NCBI GenBank assembly: GCA_963934255.1
Contig: CAWVXU010000031.1
Location: 1-27,791, forward strand
DNA: 27,791 nt
From: an uncultured Fibrobacterales bacterium
Lineage (GTDB): Bacteria; Fibrobacterota; Fibrobacteria; Fibrobacterales; CAWVXU01
Direction of reading: 5' to 3'
How positions within the stretch are numbered: position 1 is the stretch's first letter; every line of letters begins with the position of its first letter. The notes under the pieces were generated by a model. That model was not told the origin of the DNA. It saw nothing but the letters and a program-made list of their open reading frames with translations, and searched no databases. Of the stretch, positions 27,335 to 27,791 are shown one piece after another. The translations under genes were made by a program, and so were the position numbers.

Positions 27335-27791
27335 TATTGGTAATTACCAACATAAGGGAGGTCTAAAGCGACTTCTTTAATTTTATCCATGTTAGCAACA
27401 AGAGAAGATCTTGCATCCCATGAACCATCTAGAAGTTGACCACGAGCACCGTCTTTAATTTCCAAAGTGATGATTTCGTCACCTAGGGTAATCGTTCTTT
27501 CTTCAACTGATAATTTCATCTCATTAGAAGGGTTCTCATCAATAAAGGCTTGGATTTTTTTGGCGGTAGCATTGTCAGTAGTAAAACATGGAACCGCGAG
27601 AGAGACACAATTTCCATAAAATATTTCAGAATATGACTCAGCAATAATTGCATCAATTCCCCATCTTTTCAAAGACTGAGGAGCGTGTTCACGTGATGAA
27701 CCACAACCAAAGTTTTGATTAGAAACAAGGATTTTACTGTTCTTAAATTTTTCTTGCTTAAAAGAATGTGTAATTCCTTTTTCTGCTAGTT
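27334..27791 (-). CDS. leuD: 3-isopropylmalate dehydratase small subunit, 5' end outside the window
   Basis: The frame extends upstream of the tracked ORF to the window edge: ILVSNQNFGCGSSREHAPQSLKRWGIDAIIAESYSEIFYGNC. Confidence 0.95.
   Translation of the reverse strand, partial: LAEKGITHSFKQEKFKNSKILVSNQNFGCGSSREHAPQSLKRWGIDAIIAESYSEIFYGNCVSLAVPCFTTDNATAKKIQAFIDENPSNEMKLSVEERTITLGDEIITLEIKDGARGQLLDGSWDARSSLVANMDKIKEVALDLPYVGNYQ

Overview
AT-rich, gene-dense bacterial chromosomal window that is mostly housekeeping. It is probably from the FCB group, possibly Fibrobacterota; this is inferred from gene content and promoter-like motifs, not proven. From left to right: (1) a truncated Omp85/BamA-TamA-family gene missing from the ORF track, divergent from an LppM/DUF3153-like lipoprotein; (2) a type A RNase P RNA gene (rnpB); (3) a minus-strand run birA-bioB-hisH-hisF-tldD-pmbA-ABC ATPase-ABC permease; (4) apt; (5) pfp-nrdR; (6) a DUF1573-like protein, a large secreted PEGA + FGE-sulfatase-domain protein and an ABC-F ATPase; (7) an operon of SppA (with an extra N-terminal barrel-like region), CNNM, an unannotated 49-aa membrane protein and MauE/DoxX; (8) a minus-strand run leuD (partial)-pepP-atypical receiver-degenerate kinase-like protein, followed by a divergent trpBA. 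I saw no CRISPR array, IS, prophage, tRNA or rRNA. The best candidates for undescribed biology are the degenerate two-component-like pair (24721-25745), the possibly outer-membrane SppA with its small-protein/MauE neighbours, the TldD/E-ABC exporter module, and a palindromic two-way ribosome-binding site between birA and apt. All of these are hypotheses.
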